Part shown: piece after piece, positions 53,559 to 64,000 of the stretch
Position numbering within the stretch: position 1 is the first letter of the stretch
How the letters are laid out: every line of letters starts with the position of its first letter
Assembly (NCBI RefSeq): GCF_006345805.1
Contig: NC_043000.1
Span: 45,880,001-45,944,000 of the forward strand
DNA: 64,000 nucleotides
Direction: 5' to 3'
Source: Octopus sinensis
Taxonomy: Eukaryota
Translations under genes and position numbers: made by a program
The notes under the pieces: model-generated
Databases searched by the model: none
Told to the model about the DNA's origin: nothing
What the model saw: only the letters and a program-made list of their open reading frames with translations

Positions 53559-54559
53559 AATGCTATTATAAATAAGAAATATGAATGTATTACTTATGTT
53601 TATAACAATTTAAAACCATTAGAATAAATTACATCATCAACCAAAACCATAACTTTTTATGTTAAATCCAAACCTGCATATCTTTGCAAGTGAATATTAA
53701 AATGATCTCAAAACAAATTAAAATAAACTCAAATTGAAATAAATTAGACTTGAAGCAAATTAAAATAAACCTGAAGCAATTTAAAATAGCTTGAAATGAA
53801 ATAGCTTCAAAATAAATTAAAATAATCTTGGAGCAAATGAAATCATTTTTCTAATTAAATAATAGCATCACACCATATCTCTGAGGCCTTATCAAACAAA
53901 TTACAGGTTATATTTGTTTGCACGAATTTCTTCAACAAGTATCAAAAGATCATTATTGAATTTATTAGGAATCATCAGTTTTGGAAATATAAAAGGCAGT
54001 TTCTCTGGCTATAATGTACAAGCTTCAATGAAATCATTCTACCATCAAGAAGACTGTAGTTTGTTAGGACAGTGTCAATCCATAAATTAACTGCAAATAT
54101 TCACAAAGTTTGTTCAGTGTTTATCATGAGCGTTCATTTAATCCCTCAACAAGTTATAGACAACTACATGGCAAATGTGATGCAATGAAAATATCTCTTT
54201 CTTGCAACTTTAATGACTTAACTATTAAACAGCATGAAATGACTGCATAAACATGTTTATAAAATGGGCAACCCCCCCCCCCCAAAAAAAAAACCCTGAA
54301 CAATATCTCCTTTTCTTAGTGGTAATTGTTTCTCTTATTTTCCACTTAAATAATTACAAATTCTTCAATAATAGTTAGTTTCTTGCACAACAAAAATTTA
54401 CAATCTCATTATCGAAAAGTTCTGTAAAATATTTACTTTCCTTTGATGATGGCCATGTCCATGAAAAATCTTTGGAACGTCAGTTGATGATGTCCACTGT
54501 TCTCTAATGAAACATCAATCAGTGATGTCTGCAATTTCAAGTTTAAATAACATAACTAT

Positions 54560-54792
54560 AAGTAATGTTCGTAGCCACTTCAACATGGCTATTCATTCGA
54601 ACAGACTTTACTGCGATTTTTTAACCCTAAGAGGTCATCTCCTCTAGCTGGTTAACGACACACAGCTTGCAATATCTCAGATGCAGCTGTGCATCGTTAA
54701 CCATTTAAAGGAGACGACCTCTTGGGGTTAAAAAATCGCAGTAAAGTCTGTTCGAATGGACAGTCATGTTGAAGTGGCTATGAACATTACTT
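54560..54792. repeat. Near-perfect foldback (MITE-like), ~108-bp arms, ~17-nt loop
   Basis: 54560-54667 is the reverse complement of 54685-54792 with few mismatches. Confidence 0.9.
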
Positions 54793-55509
54793 GTAAGTAC
54801 AACTACTGCATTGATCTCTTAGACAGATTTTAGAAGTAGCATTTTTGCTTGTAACATAAGTATACTAATATTGATAACATATATATTGTATATTGGATAA
54901 CTTAACTAATCATTGGACTGACCTAGGGTTGGCTTACATCAACAATAACACCATTTGTCACAGTTTTCAAAACGCTTTTTACACAAACAGCCTGAAACCG
55001 ATATACCAAGAAGAGAGGACTAAGATTTTGGTAATAATAACTAAATATACTAAACTAAAAAGAAATAATGAACCAGTTAACAGTTCGTGTGTATGTGTGT
55101 GCGTGCATTTGTATATGTGTGTGGATGTGCATATATGTTCAGTGATTGGCGAAATGACAAATATGATTGATTTTTCTGTATTTCTGATATGAATTATTGT
55201 AATATTAACTTCCATGTTTCAGACTATTGATCATATCATTCCGATATTTGTCTGCTTCACTTCATTTCGATCTCCAAACGTCTTCACATGACACATATAT
55301 TACACACACATATGTATCTAAATATTTATGGCTATCGATATGTATATATGAAGATAAGCACACACACACACACACACATATATATATACATTTATACACA
55401 TATGTATATGTATGGAGATATGCTTACATATCAATATCATATTGTATGTCTGCTTTATCATGCTCGGATGGTTTATATATAATCATATATATTTGTTATC
55501 AAAAATACA

Positions 55510-55595
<86 letters not shown>

Positions 55596-55736
55596 CGTGT
55601 GTGTGTGTGTATTTATATGTGTGTGTGTGTGTGTATGTGTACGTATAGAATTAAGAAGAGAATTCTGATAGAATCAGGTACTTGAAAAGTATGCACCAGG
55701 TAGTGGTTCCAGCCAATGGCTGGTTGGAGTTGAGAT

Positions 55737-55878
55737 ATTCAGTTGAATATGGTACTTAAGTTAAAGGCACCAGAATTTGGTATGGCATTATCCATATAAT
55801 TCAAAATGGGGTGATTGTAATCAAAATAAGCAACAAGGATATCCAATATACTGCATTACCTTTGGATATTCTTGTTTT
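55737..55878 (+). repeat. ~140-bp segment repeated directly at 56727-56868 (990-bp offset)
   Basis: ATTCAGTTGAATATGG...GGATAT(T/C)CTTGTT occurs in both places. Confidence 0.95.
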
Positions 55879-56044
55879 GTACACAGAGGAAAGTAAAACT
55901 CTATGAATTTTTATTGCCTAAGGGGCTGGTCTACATTATGTGTTACTTTGAGTAGTACATTACTGGTATACTCTAGGGTGTCCAACAAATCATTCCCTTG
56001 GTGTATTATAATCAAATGAATAAAATACGATGGATAAGTGTCAG

Positions 56045-56328
56045 CTCATTACAACTATTTTTTATGTAACTTTTAATGGAAGAATGAGAACATTATATCA
56101 TTATAAAAGCCCGTAATCATCAGATGAGGAAGGTAATTTTACAAAATGAAGGGATATCAAAGGAATGCAGCAGAGAAATGTCTGTCGAGGCTAAGGTGTG
56201 AAGTGGGAGATATCCACTTCAAAGCTCAGACTTTTGATATCATAGACTCCTGTGATATCCCTTCATGTTGTAAAATTACCTTCTTCATCTGATGATGACG
56301 GTCTTTTATAATGATATGATGTTCTCAT
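56045..56328. mobile_element. Foldback element with hammerhead motifs in both arms (left arm more complete)
   Basis: Arms 56084-56160 and 56252-56328. Minus strand: CTCAT-CTGATGA-[long stem]-AAAA-TAGTTG-TA-ATGAG. Confidence 0.6.
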
Positions 56329-56469
56329 ATAAGATTAAGATTAATGTAAAAAATAAATAACACTGAAGCAAAGTAACACCAAATATATAGTGCGTGTGTT
56401 TTTATTGGCTAAACTGGCAAAATGACCATTCCTAAATACAACAATATATATATATATATATTTATGTAT

Positions 56470-56505
<36 letters not shown>

Positions 56506-56509
56506 AATT

Positions 56510-56712
56510 TCTTTATTGTCCACAATGGGGCTAAACACAAAGGGGACAAACAAGGACAGACAAAGGGATTAAGTCGATTGCATCGACCCCAGTGCGAATC
56601 TGGTACTTTATTTACCAACCCCGAAAGGATGAGAGGCAAAGTCGACCTCGGTGGAATTTGAACTGAGAACGTAACGACAGACAAAATACCGCTAAGCATT
56701 TCGCCCGGCGTT
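56510..56712 (-). mobile_element. SINE family B variant, head truncated
   Basis: GGCAAAGTCGACCTCGGTGGAATTTGAACT..ATACCGCTAAGCATTTCGCCCGGCG. Confidence 0.85.
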
Positions 56713-56809
56713 CAGTAAAAATTTAGATTCAGTTGAATATGGTACTTAAGTTAAAGGCACCAGAATTTGGTATGGCATTATCCATATAATTCAAAATGGG
56801 ACGATTGTA

Positions 56810-56876
56810 ATCAAAATAAGCAACAAGGATATCCAAGATACTGCATTACCTTTGGATATCCTTGTTGCTTATTTTG

Positions 56877-56878
<2 letters not shown>
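56810..56878. repeat. Perfect 27-bp inverted repeat with 15-nt loop
   Basis: ATCAAAATAAGCAACAAGGATATCCAA / TTGGATATCCTTGTTGCTTATTTTGAT. Confidence 0.95.
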
Positions 56879-56958
<80 letters not shown>

Positions 56959-57430
56959 ATGTATGAAAATATGTTTATACACACACACATACACGTACAC
57001 ACGCATAAATTATATACAGTCAACAAAAAAAAAACAACACAAGTAAAATGACATTGACTGTTAATATCATGTTGGTTCACACTGACTGAAACAAGTTATA
57101 GAGGGAAGTTATAGCATTACAGAGATTCTTTGGATATGAGAAGAATGTCACTGAGAGAAAATGAAGACAGAAAATAAAATATAACAGAGAGAAAAGAGCA
57201 TAAAGAGATGCACTTGGGTTAGGTTCACATATGGGTTAGGCTCATTTACAGATCTATCTGTTCATCTGTACATTTATTTTTTCTTGATCTGTCTACCAAT
57301 AAATATATATATATATCCCTTTTTTTTATTCTTTTATTCTGGAGAAGGGGAGATATACAAGAAATTACAAAGCCATACCTGCCTTTTGGATCTTCTGGAT
57401 ACCAAATCATCCCATGTTATATATAGTATG

Positions 57431-57594
<164 letters not shown>

Positions 57595-57611
57595 CAATAT
57601 ATATATGTATG

Positions 57612-57645
<34 letters not shown>

Positions 57646-57648
<3 letters not shown>

Positions 57649-58866
57649 GGGTTGTACAAAATAATGGAAACACCTAGCATCATAGCATCATTATTTTGAA
57701 ATTTCTATAAAACCATCAAAAGCTTGTTTATTTTTACGTTTTTTGATTTATTGTTTGTGTTGCTTAATATGTTTTTCCTAAAATTGCTGTTTCTTTTCAG
57801 ATATCATTAGGGAAAGGTAATTAAAATTCATTAAAATTACAGATCTATTAGACTTTCAAAGAGGTAAAATTGTTGGTGCTCATATGGCAGGTGCTAGCAT
57901 AATGAAAACAGCTGAAATATTTGGTGTATCAAGAAGTACTGTTTTGAAAGTAATGACAGCCTTTGAGTAAGAAGACCAAAACTTTCAGATAGGGCTCGTC
58001 AAACTCTTACGTGAATTGTTAGAAAGGATCACAAAAGTACAGCACCCAAAATTATTGCTGAGCTTAATGACCACCTCCAGAACCCAGTTTCTACAAAAGC
58101 TGTTCACCAGGAGCTGCACAGAGCTGAATTTCATGGGAGAGCTGGAATCAGAAAACTGCTACTTTTAAAAACAAATGTTGCAAAGCGTTTAGAGTGGAGT
58201 AAAAACCTACAGAATTGGTCCCTTGAGCAGTGGAAGAATGTTATTTTCTTGGATGAGTCATCCTTTACCTAATTTTCAACCACCAGCCGAGTATATGTAT
58301 GGAGACAACTAAAAGCATTTGGTCCTGACTGTCTTCTTCCAAATGTTATGGAGGATGATCTCTAATGATCTGAGGGGGCTATATCTTGGAAATCCACCAG
58401 CCCCATAGTTTCCCTTCATGGCAGAATTAATATTGAAGACTATTTAAGCATTTTATCTGATCAAATTCATCCTATGGTTGCAGAACTATTTCTGGGGGGA
58501 AATGCAATCTTTCAGGATAATAATACATCAATTCCAATCACTAAAGTTGTTACTGAATGGCATGAGGAACATTGAAGTACAGTTGAACATCTTATCTGGC
58601 CATCACAATCCCTAGATGTCAATATTATTGAACATTTATGGTGCATTTTAGAAAAACAAGTAAGGAGTCGATATCCTCCACCATTATCACAACAAGAATT
58701 GGAGACTGTTTTAGCTGAAGAATGGACAACAATTCCCTTGGAAACAATTCAATCTTTGTATGAGTCCATAACTTGTAGAATTCAAGCTGTAATTACAGCC
58801 ACAAGCGGTCCTACCCCATATTAAAATAAATTTGTTTGAAATTTTAAGGTGTTTCCATTATTTAGT
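57646..58866 (+). mobile_element. Near full-length decayed Tc1-like transposon (~1.2 kb, short TIRs), DD36E-type spacing
   Basis: Left TIR CAGGGGTTGTACAAAATAATGGAAACACCT; right TIR partial at 58847-63. Motifs LLDFQRGKIVGA, FLDESSF (58252), GAISW, FQDNN, WPSQSLDVNIIEHLW, TSGPTPY*. Confidence 0.9.
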
Positions 58867-58965
58867 ATATATATATATATATATACATAACATTTTTTTT
58901 TCAGTATGAGATAAAAAAAAGAAGGCTGTGAAGATTTTAGAACATTTATAATTTATAAATAGTAG

Positions 58966-59013
58966 GTCTTACAGCTGTTTCCAGGATATTTATTATATCC
59001 CTTCATTGGAGAC
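58966..59013 (-). ncRNA. Minimal type I hammerhead-like motif with mutated core (CCAATGA)
   Basis: GTCT-CCAATGA-A-GGGATA-loop-TATCCT-G-GAAA-C-AGCT-G-TA-AGAC; stems I and II pair, palindromic stem III. Confidence 0.55.
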
Positions 59014-59816
59014 GGTGTGAGAAAATGGTTAAGCGATAGTTAATTTAGATAAGATACGAAATAGAGAGTGAAGTGGAGGAGTGAAAATAGATGTGAGATA
59101 TCCAGGGATATTGCATTTGTATATCCATTATTAAGGCAGAATTGTATACATATAAGATTCTAATACCTTGTGAGTAAAATAATGTTTACAGTTGCTCTAA
59201 TGTATTTTGAGCTATTGAAAAGCTTGAAACTCATTAGAATAACTATATTCATTATCATTAAAATAAAACTTATCCCCACAAAAGCCATCTCTACTCATTT
59301 TTTCAAATATATTATACTGTACCACAAACTTTTTTTACTATTCTACTATGTATATATATGAAGATGATTACTTCATCCTGACAGATAATAGCTGTCTGAA
59401 ACTCAAATGACAGTCTGTATACCTTTGGATTCAAGTGTCAAAGCTTGTAGAATACTTTGGCCACTCTCCAGTCACCATAGTAGGTTCCAATGCCATGCAT
59501 AGCAAGATGATTGGTATTATATTGACAGCAAGATTTACATCAGAGTATCTTTCTTTTAGAAGAGCTGTTTTCACCCCAGCTTTGTCAAAAATAATGGGAG
59601 CCTCCTCTACCACTAGGTAATCTATCTAGTCCATAGATGGAACCCTGTCAGGGGCCACCATTCTGAATCAGAATGGACCTGTGAGTGATCATAATTAAGG
59701 AGTGACTCCACACTTCCTACAAATCCAAGAACTTCTAGATTGGAGCCTGAAAATGACATTTAGTTTAAAGTCATACCCAGAACACATACAGACACAGACA
59801 CACAGACACACACACA

Positions 59817-59895
<79 letters not shown>

Positions 59896-60049
59896 CTGTT
59901 TGTGATATGTATAGATGTAAATTAACACACATCCCTGGGTAAGTAACTTCTACAATCCTGGGACTTATGAGAGGATTTGGTATGTGCAGATTATCGAAAG
60001 CCAATGATGCGTATCTATATTTGCATGTATGCATCTCTGTATATTCTCT

Positions 60050-60316
60050 TTTATTCTTTTATTCATTTACTTGTTTCAGTCATTTGACTGTGGCCATGCT
60101 GGAGCACTGCCTTTAGTCGAGCAAATCGACCCTGGGACTTATTCTTTGTAAGCCCAGTACTTACTCTATCGGTCTCTTTTGCCGAACTGCTAAGTTATGG
60201 GGATGTAAACACACCAGCATCGGTTGTAAAGCAATGCTAGGGGGACAAACACAGACACACAAACATACACACACATACATATATATACACATATATACGA
60301 CAGGCTTCTTTCAGTT
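60050..60316 (-). mobile_element. SINE family A 3' part
   Basis: Homology with the other copies. Confidence 0.85.
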
Positions 60317-60504
60317 TCAAAATATCTTGTTCAACTAAGCCAGCATGGAATATGAAGTCCTTAAAATGATAAGGAGCATGAGGATATAGATATATGTGTG
60401 CATGGCAGGGGTGCATATAATATATATATATAAATATATATACTATGTATATATGCGTATATATACACACATGCACATTTACATAATTATGTGTGCATGT
60501 ATAT

Positions 60505-60740
<236 letters not shown>

Positions 60741-60782
60741 AATTTTCTATCTTATATCAATATATACATATAAGATATATGC

Positions 60783-60814
<32 letters not shown>

Positions 60815-61879
60815 TATTTTTGTAATGTCATCTATGATCTAACATTTAGATATGCAGATTATAATCTAATTTGTAGAGGGATCTCTAAGGAAATATTACA
60901 GTCAAGTTGATTCAATTAAAAATGAATGTCGTTTTTTACCTCCACTTTTTCCTTTCTTTTTTAACATTTATATGCGTTTAGTATGTTTCCTTGTTTTCTA
61001 TGTTTTCTTTCATAACTCTTCAATTAATAACTATCTGGGACTATTACACAGACATTTAAACAAGCCTTATATCATAACATGGACTAGTGGTATTTGTGTA
61101 AAGTGCACAAAAAAAAAAAAAAAAAACGGTAGTTGCCAGTCTATTCAGCACTGGCTCCAACATTATGATAAACTGTGATATAATGTCTGGATATCTTTTT
61201 TGTTTTTTGGTTGTTTTTTTTTTCGTCTGTTTTATTAATTCTCTCCCCAAAAATGTGGAAACATTTTTATTTCTTTTCTTTCCTATACTAGATAATATAT
61301 GACCATATAGGTTGTATGTTCACTTGTTTGATTTATAATTATTTATATTGAAAAATATGAAGGCAGCATAAGCTCATAGTCATTTAGTTGCATGTATTAA
61401 CAAGATTAAGTGAGATCAGATCCCAGGTTGCCTGCCATGTTAGGCAGTAAAATAAATGATGTATGAGAGAATGTTTTTTCCCTTTCAACACATCAAGATC
61501 ACACTAAAACAAACCAAGTCTAAAGCAACTACTGTTTAGTCTAAAGACTGTGTGTGTGTGTGTCTGTATTTATAGATATATATATATATGTGTGTGTGTG
61601 TGTTTGTGTGTAATTTATATCTGAATGTGTGAGATGTGAGTGGGTTGAGCATGTGTGAGTGTTTGGTTTTCAGTGTATATACATGCATGCATATATAAAT
61701 AACCTATGACTGCTTGTAATATGGATGTTAAATAATGATGATGATGATGATATATATATATATATATATAATATATATATATATATATCGAGAGAGAGAC
61801 ATATATATACTCACACATACATATATATATACATACATACATACATACATACATACATGCATAGATGCACACACACATA

Positions 61880-62460
61880 TGTCTCAAAAACTTGGTCATG
61901 GATGCACAGAAGGCAGAGTCAGAGAAACTGGTAGTAAGAGATTGTGCCTTTGGTGTAGATGGGTTGGAGGAAGAAAAGTCAAAAGAGAAGTAAGTATCAA
62001 TGGGTTTGAAGAATGTGGCTGAGGTGAGAGAGCAGTTGAGTCAGTTAAAGGAGTCAGAGGATTCAGAAATGACACAGGGTAATCGAAGAATGGGGTGAAA
62101 TGAACTGAAGTAACTGAGGAAGTTAATCAGTTGTTCACAGGCGATGATACAATCATCAGTGTAGCAGCTATATAAGCCTCGGATCAATTCAATGAATTTT
62201 GAGAAGATTTGGGCCACTTCTGATCCAGCAAATATGTTGGCAATATTGGGACCCATTTTCATTCACATAGACACCCCAGATACCTACTGGTAGAACTCAC
62301 CAATGAATAAGAAGCTACCGTGAGTGAATACACCTTCAGTAAGATAGAAAAGCATGGGTGCACTGGGTTCAAGTATGTTGTAACGTTTGGGTAAATATAC
62401 TGGAGAGCCAAGAGACCTTTATTTAAACAATTTGACAAGAAAATTACCAGCAACTTCAAG
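61880..62460 (-). mobile_element. Penelope-like element RT fragment, decayed
   Basis: GLLALQY; MKMGPNIANIF; LYSCYTDDCI (Y.DD motif); FSSFHPILRL; ..SSSNPSTPKAQS. Confidence 0.8.
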
Positions 62461-62498
62461 CTTTATAAACTCACACTCTTCACTCTCTCTCTCTCTGA

Positions 62499-62544
<46 letters not shown>

Positions 62545-62765
62545 TTAATGTAGGATAAAATTTTTTCGAAAAAAAATTTTATCAATGGCCAGCATATTAA
62601 AAAATAGCGTTAAAGGTTAAATTTATAAACAACTTATAAATAAGGGCAAACGAAAAAATTTCCAATGTCAAATATGCCGAAATTGGACACATTGTCCATA
62701 ACCATATAATTTTTCACAATACACACGCTACTCAAAAAAGGTTGACAGAAATTTCTAAAAACTTC

Positions 62766-62833
62766 CATTATTACCATATCGGACCGATTTCAGGGTTAGT
62801 TCATAAGAATCCTCCCTTCGTCAGTGATAAATG
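62766..62833 (-). ncRNA. Type I hammerhead ribozyme, intact core
   Basis: TTATCA-CTGACGA-AGGG-[..TTC-TTAT-GAA..]-CCCT-GAAA-TCG-GTC-CGA-TA-TGGTAA; AUA site, predicted cut between 62777 and 62776. Confidence 0.88.
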
Positions 62834-63113
62834 TGGCAAAGAAATAAATGAGATACTTACTCATTTATAAGTTGTTTATAAATTTAACCTTAAAGGTTTT
62901 TCGAAAAAATTTTATCCTACATTAGATATAAATCTAATAGTGTTCACTTCTGGACTCTCTCACTCTGTGAGAGCCTCAGTTCACATCGCACGTGTCTCGA
63001 GTGGGCTGGAGAATTTCTATTTTGGATATATTTGGAGGTACTTAAGTGTGCTCATGACTTAGTGTTTGCTTCTTCCATGGGTATGAGTAAGTATCTCATT
63101 TATTTCTTTACCA

Positions 63114-63182
63114 CATTTATCACTGACGAAGGGAGGGTTCTTATGAACTAACCCTGAAATCGGTCCAATATGGTAATAATGG
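63114..63182 (+). ncRNA. Type I hammerhead ribozyme, intact core, one stem III mismatch
   Basis: CTGACGA 63123-29, AGGG/CCCT, GGTTC-TTAT-GAACT, GAAA 63156-59, AUA with predicted cut after 63170, stem I TTATCA/TGGTAA. Confidence 0.85.
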
Positions 63183-63369
63183 AATTTTTTAGAAATTTCT
63201 GTCGACCTTTTTCGAGTACCGTGCGTATTGTGAAAAATTATATGGTAATGGAAATGAAAAAATTTCCAATGCCAAATATGCCGAAATTGGACACATTGGT
63301 GTCCAATTTCGTCATATTGGCATTGGAAATTTTTTCATTTGCCCTTATTTATAAGTTATATATTTGTAT

Positions 63370-63401
<32 letters not shown>

Positions 63402-63598
63402 CATCTTATATAGTGGCCAGTATATTAAAAAATACCTTTTAAGGTGAAAATTATAAACAACTTATAAATAAGGGCAAAAGAAAAAATTCCTATGCCAAAT
63501 ATGCCAAAAAATAAACTTTAAATTGTCAAGAAACACATATAATTCATCACTAAAAACACGTGTCTCGAAGGAAGCTGGCAGAAATTTATAAAAAATTC

Positions 63599-63667
63599 TA
63601 TTATCACCGAATCGGTCCAATTTCTGAGTTGATTCATAAAGAATTTTCTCATCATCAGTGATAAATA
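63599..63667 (-). ncRNA. Type I hammerhead ribozyme, diverged copy with compensatory stem II
   Basis: TTATCA-CTGATGA-TGAG-[ATTC-TTTAT-GAAT]-CTCA-GAAA-TTG-GAC-CGA-TT-CGGTGA; AUU site; the first stem I pair is mismatched. Confidence 0.72.
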
Positions 63668-64000
63668 CATTAAGAAATAAATTAAATACTTACTTGCACA
63701 CATGGAACAAGCATATGTAAAGCCATGGGTACACTTAAGTACCCTAAATATATCCAAATAGAAATTTTGCAGCACACCTCAAGACACATGTGATCAGAGT
63801 GAAAATTGTCATTAAGTAAGAGACTGCCCAGATGTGAATGGTATTAAATTTGCATCTAATATAGGATAAAATTTTCAAAAAATTTTATCAGTGGCCAGCA
63901 TATTAAAAGATACCTTTTAAGGTGAAAATTTTTAGTGATGAATTATATGTGGTTACTGACGATTTAAAGTCCATTTCCCAGCACATTTGGCATAGGAATT

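Larger units (their letters stand above)
62545..64000. repeat. Array of ~480-bp hammerhead-bearing monomers in tandem and inverted orientation (retrozyme or PLE pLTR-like); runs off the window end
   Basis: GTGGCCAG at 63413 and 63891 (478-bp period); 62701-62864 inverted at 63083-63246; palindrome 63254-63338; orientation flips again near 63925. Confidence 0.85.

Noticed and set aside
59375-59430. GACAG-loop-CTGTC-T-GAAA hairpin resembling HHR stem II
   Set aside because: No adjacent CTGAnGA and no valid stem I or III.

Overview
AT-rich, microsatellite-dense eukaryotic DNA. The SINE/LINE repertoire resembles an octopod cephalopod; this is inferred from repeat recognition, not from a search. 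No intact protein-coding gene can be demonstrated. Nearly all ORF-track hits are microsatellite or SINE translations, and only a few weak candidate minus-strand exons stand out. The window is a transposon graveyard: two R4/Dong LINEs, RTE, Hero, CR1/L2-like and Penelope fragments, Tc1/mariner/maT relics (one with DD36E-type spacing), a Chapaev-like fragment, Helitron/Helentron-like and piggyBac-type MITEs, and about 25 tRNA-SINE copies. The standout signal is non-coding. Type I hammerhead ribozyme (HHR) motifs (CUGANGA...GAAA...UH, minimal or palindromic stem III) occur repeatedly in several unrelated sequence families, often as outward-reading pairs in foldback elements (29.4, 40.8, 56.0 kb) or as single motifs (44.4, 59.0 kb). 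At 62.5-64 kb, three HHRs with intact cores lie in a tandem and inverted array of ~480-bp monomers beside a Penelope RT relic. This architecture matches Penelope pLTRs or animal non-LTR retrozymes (circRNA-producing retroelements). Activity and novelty are untested.
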